Below, in pieces: positions 35,131-41,651 of a stretch of DNA of 41,651 nucleotides. The notes beneath the pieces were generated by a model. The model did not search any database and was not told the DNA's origin. It saw nothing but the letters and a program-made list of their open reading frames with translations. Origin of the DNA: a virus (taxonomy: Duplodnaviria > Caudoviricetes); IMG/VR virus record IMGVR_UViG_3300017747_004268, positions 1 to 41,651 of that record. The stretch is one strand, 5' to 3'. A program made the position numbers and the translations under genes. Within the stretch, counting starts at the first letter, position 1, and each line of letters opens with the position of its first letter.

Positions 35131-35568
35131 ATGTCCGATCCTATCGTCATCCGCGTTGCTGGTGAGCCGGTGCCCAAGGGGCGCCCGCGCATCGGGCGCG
35201 GCCCCGGTGGGCATCCCATGGCCTTCACGCCCGCCCATACCCGGCAATATGAAAATCAACTGCGTTACAACGCGCAGCTCGCCATGGACGGCCGGCCGAT
35301 GCTGGAAGGGGCATTGCGCATGTCGGTGGTCGCCTGTCTGCCGGTGCCGCGCTCATGGTCTGAGCGCAAGCGCCAAAAAGCCTTAGCCGGAATCATCCAC
35401 CCAACCTCTCGCCCGGACGCCGACAACTTCCTCAAGATCGCCGCCGACGCGCTCAACAAGCTGGTGTTTGCCGACGACTCGCAGATCGTGCGCATGGCGG
35501 TGAGCAAGATTTATTCGACGGCGCCGAGTTTGATGATCACCGTCAGCCAATTGGGAGAAGCAGGATGA
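35131..35568 (+). CDS. rusA: RusA Holliday-junction resolvase
   Basis: GEPVPKGRPR; PDADNFLK...DALN...DDSQIV. Confidence 0.9.
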   Translation: MSDPIVIRVAGEPVPKGRPRIGRGPGGHPMAFTPAHTRQYENQLRYNAQLAMDGRPMLEGALRMSVVACLPVPRSWSERKRQKALAGIIHPTSRPDADNFLKIAADALNKLVFADDSQIVRMAVSKIYSTAPSLMITVSQLGEAG

Positions 35569-35798
35569 TCGCCGGCTCCAATCCGTTCGGTTGTCCCTAC
35601 GGCGTATGGTGGATCATGCGCTCAACCGCCGCCAATGCCGTCTTGCTGGCGGTGGCCAAGATCGGCTCGGAGCGTATGCAATGGGCCAAGCCTCTCTACA
35701 TCTCGCCAGCTTACAATGATGACCGCGCGTGGCTTCTGGATGGCAAGCCGGTGACGATCTCAAAGATTCTCGAACTCGGCTTCCCGAAACATGCCTGA
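35565..35798 (+). CDS. Hypothetical protein
   Basis: ATGA overlap; GGAG SD. Confidence 0.55.
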   Translation: MIAGSNPFGCPYGVWWIMRSTAANAVLLAVAKIGSERMQWAKPLYISPAYNDDRAWLLDGKPVTISKILELGFPKHA

Positions 35799-36177
35799 CA
35801 AGCCCGCCTATCGCTTCGCCGGCAAGACCATCATGCTGGTCGAGCGCGATTATGACAAATGGCGCAAGGCCTATCACGCGATCCCCGATTTCGACGCCGA
35901 GCTGCAGCGCATTGACGACGAGGATCTACCGCTGCGCTGGTTCCCCGCCGTCTCGGCCAAGCTGGCGGCCAAACATCAAAAATTGCTCGGCCATGCGCCG
36001 CGGCGCAAGCTGCCGCCGAGCGAGGCGTCGATCGATGTCTATGCCGATCTGATCAAGCGCGCCGCGGCGGAAAATAAACGCTGGATGGCGACCAAAAACA
36101 TCAGCATCATCGCCGAAGCCTACCGCAAGGGTCTGATCACCGCCGATGAGGCGGATTTCTGTGGATATCGGCCATGA
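35791..36177 (+). CDS. Hypothetical protein (lies where a replication initiator usually is)
   Basis: GC3-rich ORF overlapping neighbours. Confidence 0.6.
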   Translation: MPDKPAYRFAGKTIMLVERDYDKWRKAYHAIPDFDAELQRIDDEDLPLRWFPAVSAKLAAKHQKLLGHAPRRKLPPSEASIDVYADLIKRAAAENKRWMATKNISIIAEAYRKGLITADEADFCGYRP

Positions 36178-36485
36178 AGAAAAGCAAAGCGCGCAGTCTT
36201 GCTAAGGATGCCGGCGAGAAAGTCTACGAAAGCGAAAACCAGTGTCCGCGCTGCGGCAGCTTCCTACGCTACACCAGCAACAGAGATTGCATTGCCTGCA
36301 AGGACGCTTACAACGAGGCCCACCCACGGACCGCGGCAATGCAGCCACCCCCGCCGCGAGATTGGCCGCCAGGGTTTTATTTCGAGGACGTGGACAAAGC
36401 GACGCTGGACCGGGAGCGCGCCAAGCTCGGCCCGTTACCTCCGGCGCCGTTCACCCGCACCATGTTCGGCGTGGGCACATACTGA
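36174..36485 (+). CDS. Zn-finger hypothetical protein
   Basis: CPRCG...RYTSNRDCIAC. Confidence 0.65.
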   Translation: MKKSKARSLAKDAGEKVYESENQCPRCGSFLRYTSNRDCIACKDAYNEAHPRTAAMQPPPPRDWPPGFYFEDVDKATLDRERAKLGPLPPAPFTRTMFGVGTY

Positions 36486-36486
36486 C

Positions 36487-36762
36487 ATGGTGGCGATTTT
36501 CAACAATCATGGGCCGCGCCAACACCCGCCGAAGGAAACCGTTCGACGCACCAAGCGCGCCGGCACCTGGAAATACCCCAATCGCGCGACGCCCGAGATT
36601 GACGCCAAGATCGCCAAACTATGGCCGACCACCAGCGCGCGGGAGATCGCCGAGAAGTTGGGCATCAGCGCCGGGCTGGTTTACCACCGGGTGCGAGACA
36701 AAAAACTTCCCCCCAAAGGCAATCCGCGCGGCATGAACGGCAGAAAGGCAGCGAAAGAATGA
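36487..36762 (+). CDS. HTH protein resembling the GcrA N-terminus
   Basis: IAKLWPTTSAREIAEKLGISAGLVYHRVRDKKLP. Confidence 0.55.
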   Translation: MVAIFNNHGPRQHPPKETVRRTKRAGTWKYPNRATPEIDAKIAKLWPTTSAREIAEKLGISAGLVYHRVRDKKLPPKGNPRGMNGRKAAKE

Positions 36763-38408
36763 GCGAGCCGCACACCCTGCCGCCGGAGATTTTCGTGCAA
36801 CATGCCCGCGTGCTGCGCTCGGTCAACAAATTCGCCGACGCCGAGCAAATGCTGCGCTACGCCATCGCCCAGGCGCCCGACGAAGCCTACCCCTACGCCA
36901 ATCTCGCCGATCTGTTCCTCGACATGGGGCGGTTCGAGGACGCGATCGAGCAATACGAGATGAGCCTGGGGCGGCGCAACACGGTGGAGATGCTGTCGAA
37001 CATGGGGGTGGCGCTGCTGTCGGCCGGGCGGCTGACCGACGCGGAGGCGGCCTACCGCCGCGCCCTCGAAATGGTGCCGGGCTGCATCCCGGTGCTGATC
37101 AATCTGGCCGGCATCATGAGCGTGACCGGCCGGCCGGAGGAAGCGGTGGCGATCTATCGCCAGATTGTCGCGCTGGCGCCCGATGACCCGATCACCAGCG
37201 TGGCCCATTCCAATCTGATCTTCACCATGGATCTGGTGGAAGGCAGCGAGGCCGAGAAGCAGGCCGAGCGCCGAACCTGGGAGAGATTGCATGTCAGAGC
37301 CGAGCCGTTCACCGCGTGGGCCAACGATCGCTTGCTGGATCGTCCGCTACGAATTGGATACGTCTCGGGGGACTTTCGCCATCACTCGGCGGCCGACCTG
37401 TTTGCCGCGGTCATCCGCCATCACGACCGCGAGCGATTCAAGCCCTACCTCTACCACTCCGGGCGGATCGGCGACGACAGGACGGTAGAGTTTTACGGCA
37501 TGGCCGAGGGCTGGACAGAAATGTTCGCCATGCCCGACGCCGATTTGGCGGCCAAAATCCGCGCCGACCGGATCGATATCCTGGTCGATCTGTCGGGCCA
37601 TTCCAAGGGCAACCGCTTGACCATGTTCGCGCTCCACCCGGCGCCGGTGCAAGTCACCGGATGGGGCCACCCGACCGGCACCGGGCTCAAAGCGATCGAC
37701 TGGCTGATGGGCGATCCCTTCGCCATCCCGGCCGAGCACCGCGCGCTGTTTGCCGAAAAAATCTGGGACTTGCCGTGCTTCCTGTCCTATGAGCCGCCCA
37801 AGGACGCGCCGGCGATCGCGCCCAAGCCGGGACGCGCATTCACCTATGGCTCGCTCAACCGCACATCGAAGCTCTCGCCGCGCACATTGGCAGCTTGGGC
37901 GGAAATTCTCAAACGCGCGCCCGAAACCCAACTCTTGCTCAAGGATTACACGCTCGACACCGAGGCCGAGCGGGTGCGCTTCTGGGAATTCTTCAAGGCC
38001 CAGGAGATCGACCCCTATCGCGTCGAATTGCGCGGCGGCAGCTCGAAGGCCCAGCACTTCGCCACCTATAACGAGATCGACCTGGCGCTCGATCCCTTTC
38101 CGCAATCGGGCGGCACGACATCGATGGAAGCGATGTATATGGGCGTGCCGGTGCTGGCGATGGCCGGTGCCAGCGTCTCGGCGCGCGGCACGGCATCTAT
38201 CAACTGGGGGCTGGGGTTACCGCATCTGATCGCGGCGGATGAGGCCGATTACATCGCCCGTGCGGTGGTCGCCTCGCGCTATATAGGCCAGGTTGACCGC
38301 ACCAGCCTGCGCGCGATGCTGATGGGCGGCCCAGGCGACGGCCGCAATTATTGCCGCAACGTGGAGGCGGCTTACCGGGCGATGTGGAAGGAATGGTGCG
38401 AAAAATGA
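36759..38408 (+). CDS. TPR-containing GT41 protein O-glycosyltransferase (SPINDLY/OGT family)
   Basis: ~4 TPRs, then LRIGYVSGDFRHHS, IDILVDLSGHS, PAPVQVT.WGHP.GTG, GSLNRTSK, DLALDPFPQSGGTTSMEAMYMGVPV. Confidence 0.9.
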   Translation: MSEPHTLPPEIFVQHARVLRSVNKFADAEQMLRYAIAQAPDEAYPYANLADLFLDMGRFEDAIEQYEMSLGRRNTVEMLSNMGVALLSAGRLTDAEAAYRRALEMVPGCIPVLINLAGIMSVTGRPEEAVAIYRQIVALAPDDPITSVAHSNLIFTMDLVEGSEAEKQAERRTWERLHVRAEPFTAWANDRLLDRPLRIGYVSGDFRHHSAADLFAAVIRHHDRERFKPYLYHSGRIGDDRTVEFYGMAEGWTEMFAMPDADLAAKIRADRIDILVDLSGHSKGNRLTMFALHPAPVQVTGWGHPTGTGLKAIDWLMGDPFAIPAEHRALFAEKIWDLPCFLSYEPPKDAPAIAPKPGRAFTYGSLNRTSKLSPRTLAAWAEILKRAPETQLLLKDYTLDTEAERVRFWEFFKAQEIDPYRVELRGGSSKAQHFATYNEIDLALDPFPQSGGTTSMEAMYMGVPVLAMAGASVSARGTASINWGLGLPHLIAADEADYIARAVVASRYIGQVDRTSLRAMLMGGPGDGRNYCRNVEAAYRAMWKEWCEK

Positions 38409-38629
38409 CCCGCGAACAGATGATCGATGAAGCGGTGCGGCGGTGCTGGCCGGTCACTGTCTATTGTTCATTTGAAGAAGGTGTGCGCTATAGTTGGGGC
38501 AAGAATCTTCCCCCGACAGCCGTTGTGGGGATTTCCGGGGATGAGATGGACCGCGTCCGCGCCGAATTCCGCCGGATCGAATCCTTTGGCGCCAAGCCGC
38601 CACTCGCCGGCTTTATTGGTGGCCCATGA
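38405..38629 (+). CDS. Hypothetical protein
   Basis: ATGA overlaps on both sides. Confidence 0.55.
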   Translation: MTREQMIDEAVRRCWPVTVYCSFEEGVRYSWGKNLPPTAVVGISGDEMDRVRAEFRRIESFGAKPPLAGFIGGP

Positions 38630-39405
38630 TCGGCACTTGGCAAGCCGACTTCCAGAAGGGCTACGATCTCAAGGCGCAAGGCCTGGTCGCCGAATCGGTG
38701 CCCTATTTCGAGCGCGCCCTCAAATTCGACCGCACGATCTCGGTGGTGTGGTCGAACTACGGCGAGGCCCTATCGCGCATCGGGCGCGGCCATGAGGCGC
38801 TGTTCGCCCTGATCGAATGCCTCAAGCTTGATCCGCGCGACCTGCCGGCGGTGAGCAACGCGGCGGGGATTTACCGCGAGATGGGCAATTGGCCGGAAGC
38901 CGAGAAGCTGTGGCGCTACGGGCTGCAGCTTGACCCCGACAGCTATCCGGTGCTGTTCAATCTCGCCTGCCTTTACATGATCGCCGAACAGCCGGCCAAT
39001 GCGCTGCCGCTCTATCGCAAACTGGTGACCACGCGCCCGAACGATATCGACGTGCACGCGGGCTACCTCAACGCGGCGCGCGAGTCGGGGTTTCCGGCCG
39101 AGTCGAAGGCGGAACGCTGGCGCTGGGCGGCGCTTTACCGCAAAGCCAACGACCAGGCCAATTGCCCGGCCTACCAGAAGCCTTGGCGCAAGGGCTGGCG
39201 CTATTGGCTGGGCTGGCTGGACGGCTGGTGCTGCCTGCCGCGCCGCGATAGCCGGGTATGCCCGAACACAGGCTGGGAGGCCTACGAGACCGGCTACGCG
39301 ACCGGCATGGGCGAGCTGTTTCAGGACTGGATGCCCGACGCCTTCATTCATGAGCCGCGGCGGGTCGACTGGTCGAACCCGCACGGGCCGCGGAGCGTGC
39401 GCTAG
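38626..39405 (+). CDS. TPR protein with a Trp-rich C-terminal tail
   Basis: ~4 TPRs (WSNYGEAL, SNAAGIY, FNLACLY); no GT domain. Confidence 0.8.
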   Translation: MIGTWQADFQKGYDLKAQGLVAESVPYFERALKFDRTISVVWSNYGEALSRIGRGHEALFALIECLKLDPRDLPAVSNAAGIYREMGNWPEAEKLWRYGLQLDPDSYPVLFNLACLYMIAEQPANALPLYRKLVTTRPNDIDVHAGYLNAARESGFPAESKAERWRWAALYRKANDQANCPAYQKPWRKGWRYWLGWLDGWCCLPRRDSRVCPNTGWEAYETGYATGMGELFQDWMPDAFIHEPRRVDWSNPHGPRSVR

Positions 39406-39652
39406 GTTTTCCCCACTTCGCCGCCGGCTGCATACCAGAAACGATCCTTTTGCGGATAGCCGGGTCAGCCCACGCCGCCTTGAGGCCTTCGATGTGGCGC
39501 TTGCGCTTTTCCGGATCGGCCCAATCGCGCTTGCGCGCCTCGCTCTTGGCTGGATAGACCACCGGCTTTCGTGCCGACTTAGGGAGCTTTGCGGCGCTCT
39601 TGAGGCCGGGCGATTTTTGCGACAGGCCGCGTTGCGAATAGACGAACATCAC
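39344..39652 (-). CDS. Basic protein with WADP repeats (NUMOD3-like)
   Basis: KRDWADPEKRKR...KAAWADPAIRKR; GTGATG overlap with the protease. Confidence 0.55.
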   Translation of the reverse strand: MMFVYSQRGLSQKSPGLKSAAKLPKSARKPVVYPAKSEARKRDWADPEKRKRHIEGLKAAWADPAIRKRIVSGMQPAAKWGKPSARSAARAGSTSRPAAAHE

Positions 39653-40287
39653 CTTTCCCCTTGCGGCACCAGCCGCTCGAATTCCTTGACCACGAAATCC
39701 CCGGAATAGCCGATCATCACGCCGGCCGGGTAGCTCTTGCCGTTGAAGCTCATCGGCTTGGTGGCTGATTGGACCAGCAGCCCGACCACGGCGCCATCAC
39801 GCGCCAGCAGCGGGCCGCCGGAGAAGCCCGGGCCGCCCCGCGCCGAGGTGAACACCCCGGGCGAGCATTTGAACCATTGCTTCCCGGGTGGCGCGCAAAG
39901 CCAATTGGTGGCGAAGGCGCCAGCATGACCTTGGGAAAGACTGCGCGCGCCCCAGCGGTCCTTATTGCCGCTGGCGGTGACTGGCTCGCTCCACACCGGC
40001 GCGCGCCACTTGGGCGCCACGCCGTCGCGCCGGACGAAGGCGAGATCGTAATCGGCGCTCTTGACCACCTTGGCCGCCAGCACCATTGGCATGCCGCTCA
40101 CCACATGGCGCGCCGTGGCCGCCCATTTCGCGTTGATCTGGGTCAGACAGCCGGTTTCGAGCGTCTCGACCACCACCAGATAGGCCTGGCGCGAATAGGG
40201 CAGGCAACCGCCGGCGATTTCCGGCTCGCCGTTGACCCCGGCGCAGGCCGACAGCAGCAGGGCGCAGGCGCTAACCAATATCTTCAT
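39649..40287 (-). CDS. Lipoprotein trypsin-like serine protease
   Basis: Lipobox LSAC; catalytic triad motifs ATARHV, YDLAF, GFSGGPL. Confidence 0.8.
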   Translation of the reverse strand: MKILVSACALLLSACAGVNGEPEIAGGCLPYSRQAYLVVVETLETGCLTQINAKWAATARHVVSGMPMVLAAKVVKSADYDLAFVRRDGVAPKWRAPVWSEPVTASGNKDRWGARSLSQGHAGAFATNWLCAPPGKQWFKCSPGVFTSARGGPGFSGGPLLARDGAVVGLLVQSATKPMSFNGKSYPAGVMIGYSGDFVVKEFERLVPQGER

Positions 40288-40486
40288 CGCGTCCCTCCAC
40301 ATGGGGCGGGTTCCCGCTGATCAGCCAATCCATCACCACTTGCGCCGGGCCGGGCACCGGGAAGCTATCGGACTCCCAGCGCCGGATGGTGCGCCCGCCG
40401 CCCTTGCCGAGCTTGAGCATACGCGCGCACATGGCGCAAGACAGGCCGAGCGTGTGGCGGGCTTTCTTGAACTCGGTGCCGGTCAC
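40271..40486 (-). CDS. XRE-family HTH protein
   Basis: EFKKARHTLGLS...ARMLKL...RTIRRWES...VPGP; GTGA overlap. Confidence 0.75.
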   Translation of the reverse strand: MTGTEFKKARHTLGLSCAMCARMLKLGKGGGRTIRRWESDSFPVPGPAQVVMDWLISGNPPHVEGRDEDIG

Positions 40487-40578
40487 TGCAGCCCACCGAG
40501 CGGCGCGGTGAGCCAGACATTCGCGGCCAGGGCGGCCAGAAACAAGGCGATAACGGCGATGGATAGGGTGAGGTTCAT
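40483..40578 (-). CDS. 31-aa single-TM peptide
   Basis: MNLTLSIAVIALFLAALAANVWL; overlaps both neighbours. Confidence 0.5.
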   Translation of the reverse strand: MNLTLSIAVIALFLAALAANVWLTAPLGGLQ

Positions 40579-40859
40579 GGCTGTTCGCCTGTGGCTTTGG
40601 TGATGAGGCCGGCCATATAGGCGCGGATCTGATCGGCGCATTCTCTGGCGCTGCAGCGTGGCGTAATGTCGCGCTCGCCCCCGCCATCGTTGGCGAGTTG
40701 GCAAAGCCGGTATCCGCCATAGGCCGCATCCAGCACATAGGCACCGGGATGGGAGCGGTTTTGGCCATTGATCGTCGACCAGACCTTGACCGGGTTGCCG
40801 GTCAGCTCGTTTAGCCGATCGACCAAATGCTGTAGCGTCTTGATAGTGGTGCGTTCCAT
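40575..40859 (-). CDS. Hypothetical early protein
   Basis: AAGGAG SD; LDAAYGGYRL...GGG.RD motif. Confidence 0.7.
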   Translation of the reverse strand: MERTTIKTLQHLVDRLNELTGNPVKVWSTINGQNRSHPGAYVLDAAYGGYRLCQLANDGGGERDITPRCSARECADQIRAYMAGLITKATGEQP

Positions 40860-40897
40860 GATCTTTACTCCTTGAGAGTCGGGCAATAGCGCCCCGG

Positions 40898-41113
40898 TTA
40901 AGCGGCTTGCGTCTTGTCGGCGGCCGCGTCGCGCTCCACAAGCCAGTCCTGGTATTTTTGCTTCATCACCTTTTCGACCTGCTTGGCGCTCATATAGTCA
41001 TAGTTCGATTTCGCCATTTCTCGAGCGTGGCGCCGGACATCAGCGGCATAGGCTTCTGACCAGTCCCACTTTGGAAGAACCTTCACGCCACCGACCGTGC
41101 GATATTTAGCCAT
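40898..41113 (-). CDS. Hypothetical early protein
   Basis: GGAG SD. Confidence 0.65.
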   Translation of the reverse strand: MAKYRTVGGVKVLPKWDWSEAYAADVRRHAREMAKSNYDYMSAKQVEKVMKQKYQDWLVERDAAADKTQAA

Positions 41114-41170
41114 TTCGATTTCTCCATCACTGGCGGGCAGTATTGCCCTGGTTAATTCAGATCGTTTGTC

Positions 41171-41452
41171 TCAGCCGTTTGAAATGATCGTGTCGCGCTC
41201 TGTGCGGCCCGAAAAACGTATGTCCCAACCGCTCACCTGCAGCCCGCGGCGGTTGAATGTCATAATGTCATCCGGCCCGATGCCGAGCTGATCAATCCAC
41301 GCCTGCGCATTGGCCCGCATACGGTTGAGAATGCCAATCCGCGATTTGCGCGCCGTAAAGCCGACAACGACAGACTCCTGGCCGCGCTGGGCAATGATCT
41401 CATAGCGGGTGCGGCGGTTTCTCAGAGATTCCAGCTTTTCCTGTTTCGTCAT
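41171..41452 (-). CDS. Hypothetical early protein
   Basis: AGGAG SD; first gene after the early promoter. Confidence 0.65.
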   Translation of the reverse strand: MTKQEKLESLRNRRTRYEIIAQRGQESVVVGFTARKSRIGILNRMRANAQAWIDQLGIGPDDIMTFNRRGLQVSGWDIRFSGRTERDTIISNG

Positions 41453-41494
41453 TTTGCAGTCTCCTATCTGGGCATGATCGCCCTCGACACCCTC

Positions 41495-41523
41495 AATATA
41501 TGACCGCCCTAATGTTACGTCAA
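41495..41523 (-). promoter_or_regulatory. Strong leftward sigma70-type early promoter
   Basis: TTGACG-N17-TATATT on the - strand. Confidence 0.7.
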
Positions 41524-41529
41524 GCGTAA
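41515..41529. promoter_or_regulatory. Palindromic operator TTACG-N5-CGTAA, site 3
   Basis: TTACG TCAAG CGTAA covers the -35; shares TACGCTTGACGTAAC exactly with 34573-34587. Confidence 0.65.
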
Positions 41530-41651
41530 TATAGGGCAAATGTGTATATTTTGTTGCGAAGATTGCCCGAAACGTGAAACAGATAAGACAACAATGCTGT
41601 CCTATATCCGTCATAACTCCTGTCCTATACAACTCTGTATAGACTGAACTG
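41529..41651. repeat. Terminal direct repeat, right copy
   Basis: Identical to 1-123. Confidence 0.95.

Overview
The window looks like a complete, circularly closed ~41.5-kb tailed dsDNA phage genome: 1-123 is repeated exactly at 41529-41651. It is GC-rich, and the host is probably an alphaproteobacterium because it carries GapR/DUF2312-like and GcrA-like genes. The gene order is podovirus-like. The + strand from 0.76 to 28.2 kb carries a DNA MTase, TerL, a second MTase, portal, a 2OG-Fe(II) Asp/Asn-hydroxylase-like enzyme, scaffold/major capsid, adaptor/nozzle, a GNAT, three ejection-type proteins, fibres and a lysis cassette. The - strand from 28.2 to 34.5 kb carries accessory and recombination genes (Lar-like, J-domain, Sak4-like ATPase, RecE-like nuclease). 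The + strand from 34.6 to 39.4 kb carries Cro-like, GapR-like, RusA, GcrA-like, a SPINDLY/OGT-type GT41 protein glycosyltransferase and a TPR paralogue. The - strand from 39.3 to 41.5 kb is an early operon that includes a lipoprotein serine protease. No integrase, CI-type repressor, polymerase, primase, helicase or small terminase was recognised. Main points of interest: (1) a possible phage-encoded protein-modification system (GT41, catalytic-less TPR paralogue, portal-coupled hydroxylase, GNAT, and Ser/Thr- and Asn/Asp-rich repeat structural proteins as candidate substrates); (2) a ~250-nt highly structured, GNRA-capped RNA-like insert bracketed by a synonymously diverged duplication of a gene junction, between TerL and portal; (3) an unannotated 11-aa protamine-like micropeptide (MRKRRGRKTRR) with a strong SD at the start of the capsid block; (4) one palindromic operator, TTACG-N5-CGTAA, on all three early sigma70-type promoters. 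All functional calls come from motif recognition by eye; no database searches were run.
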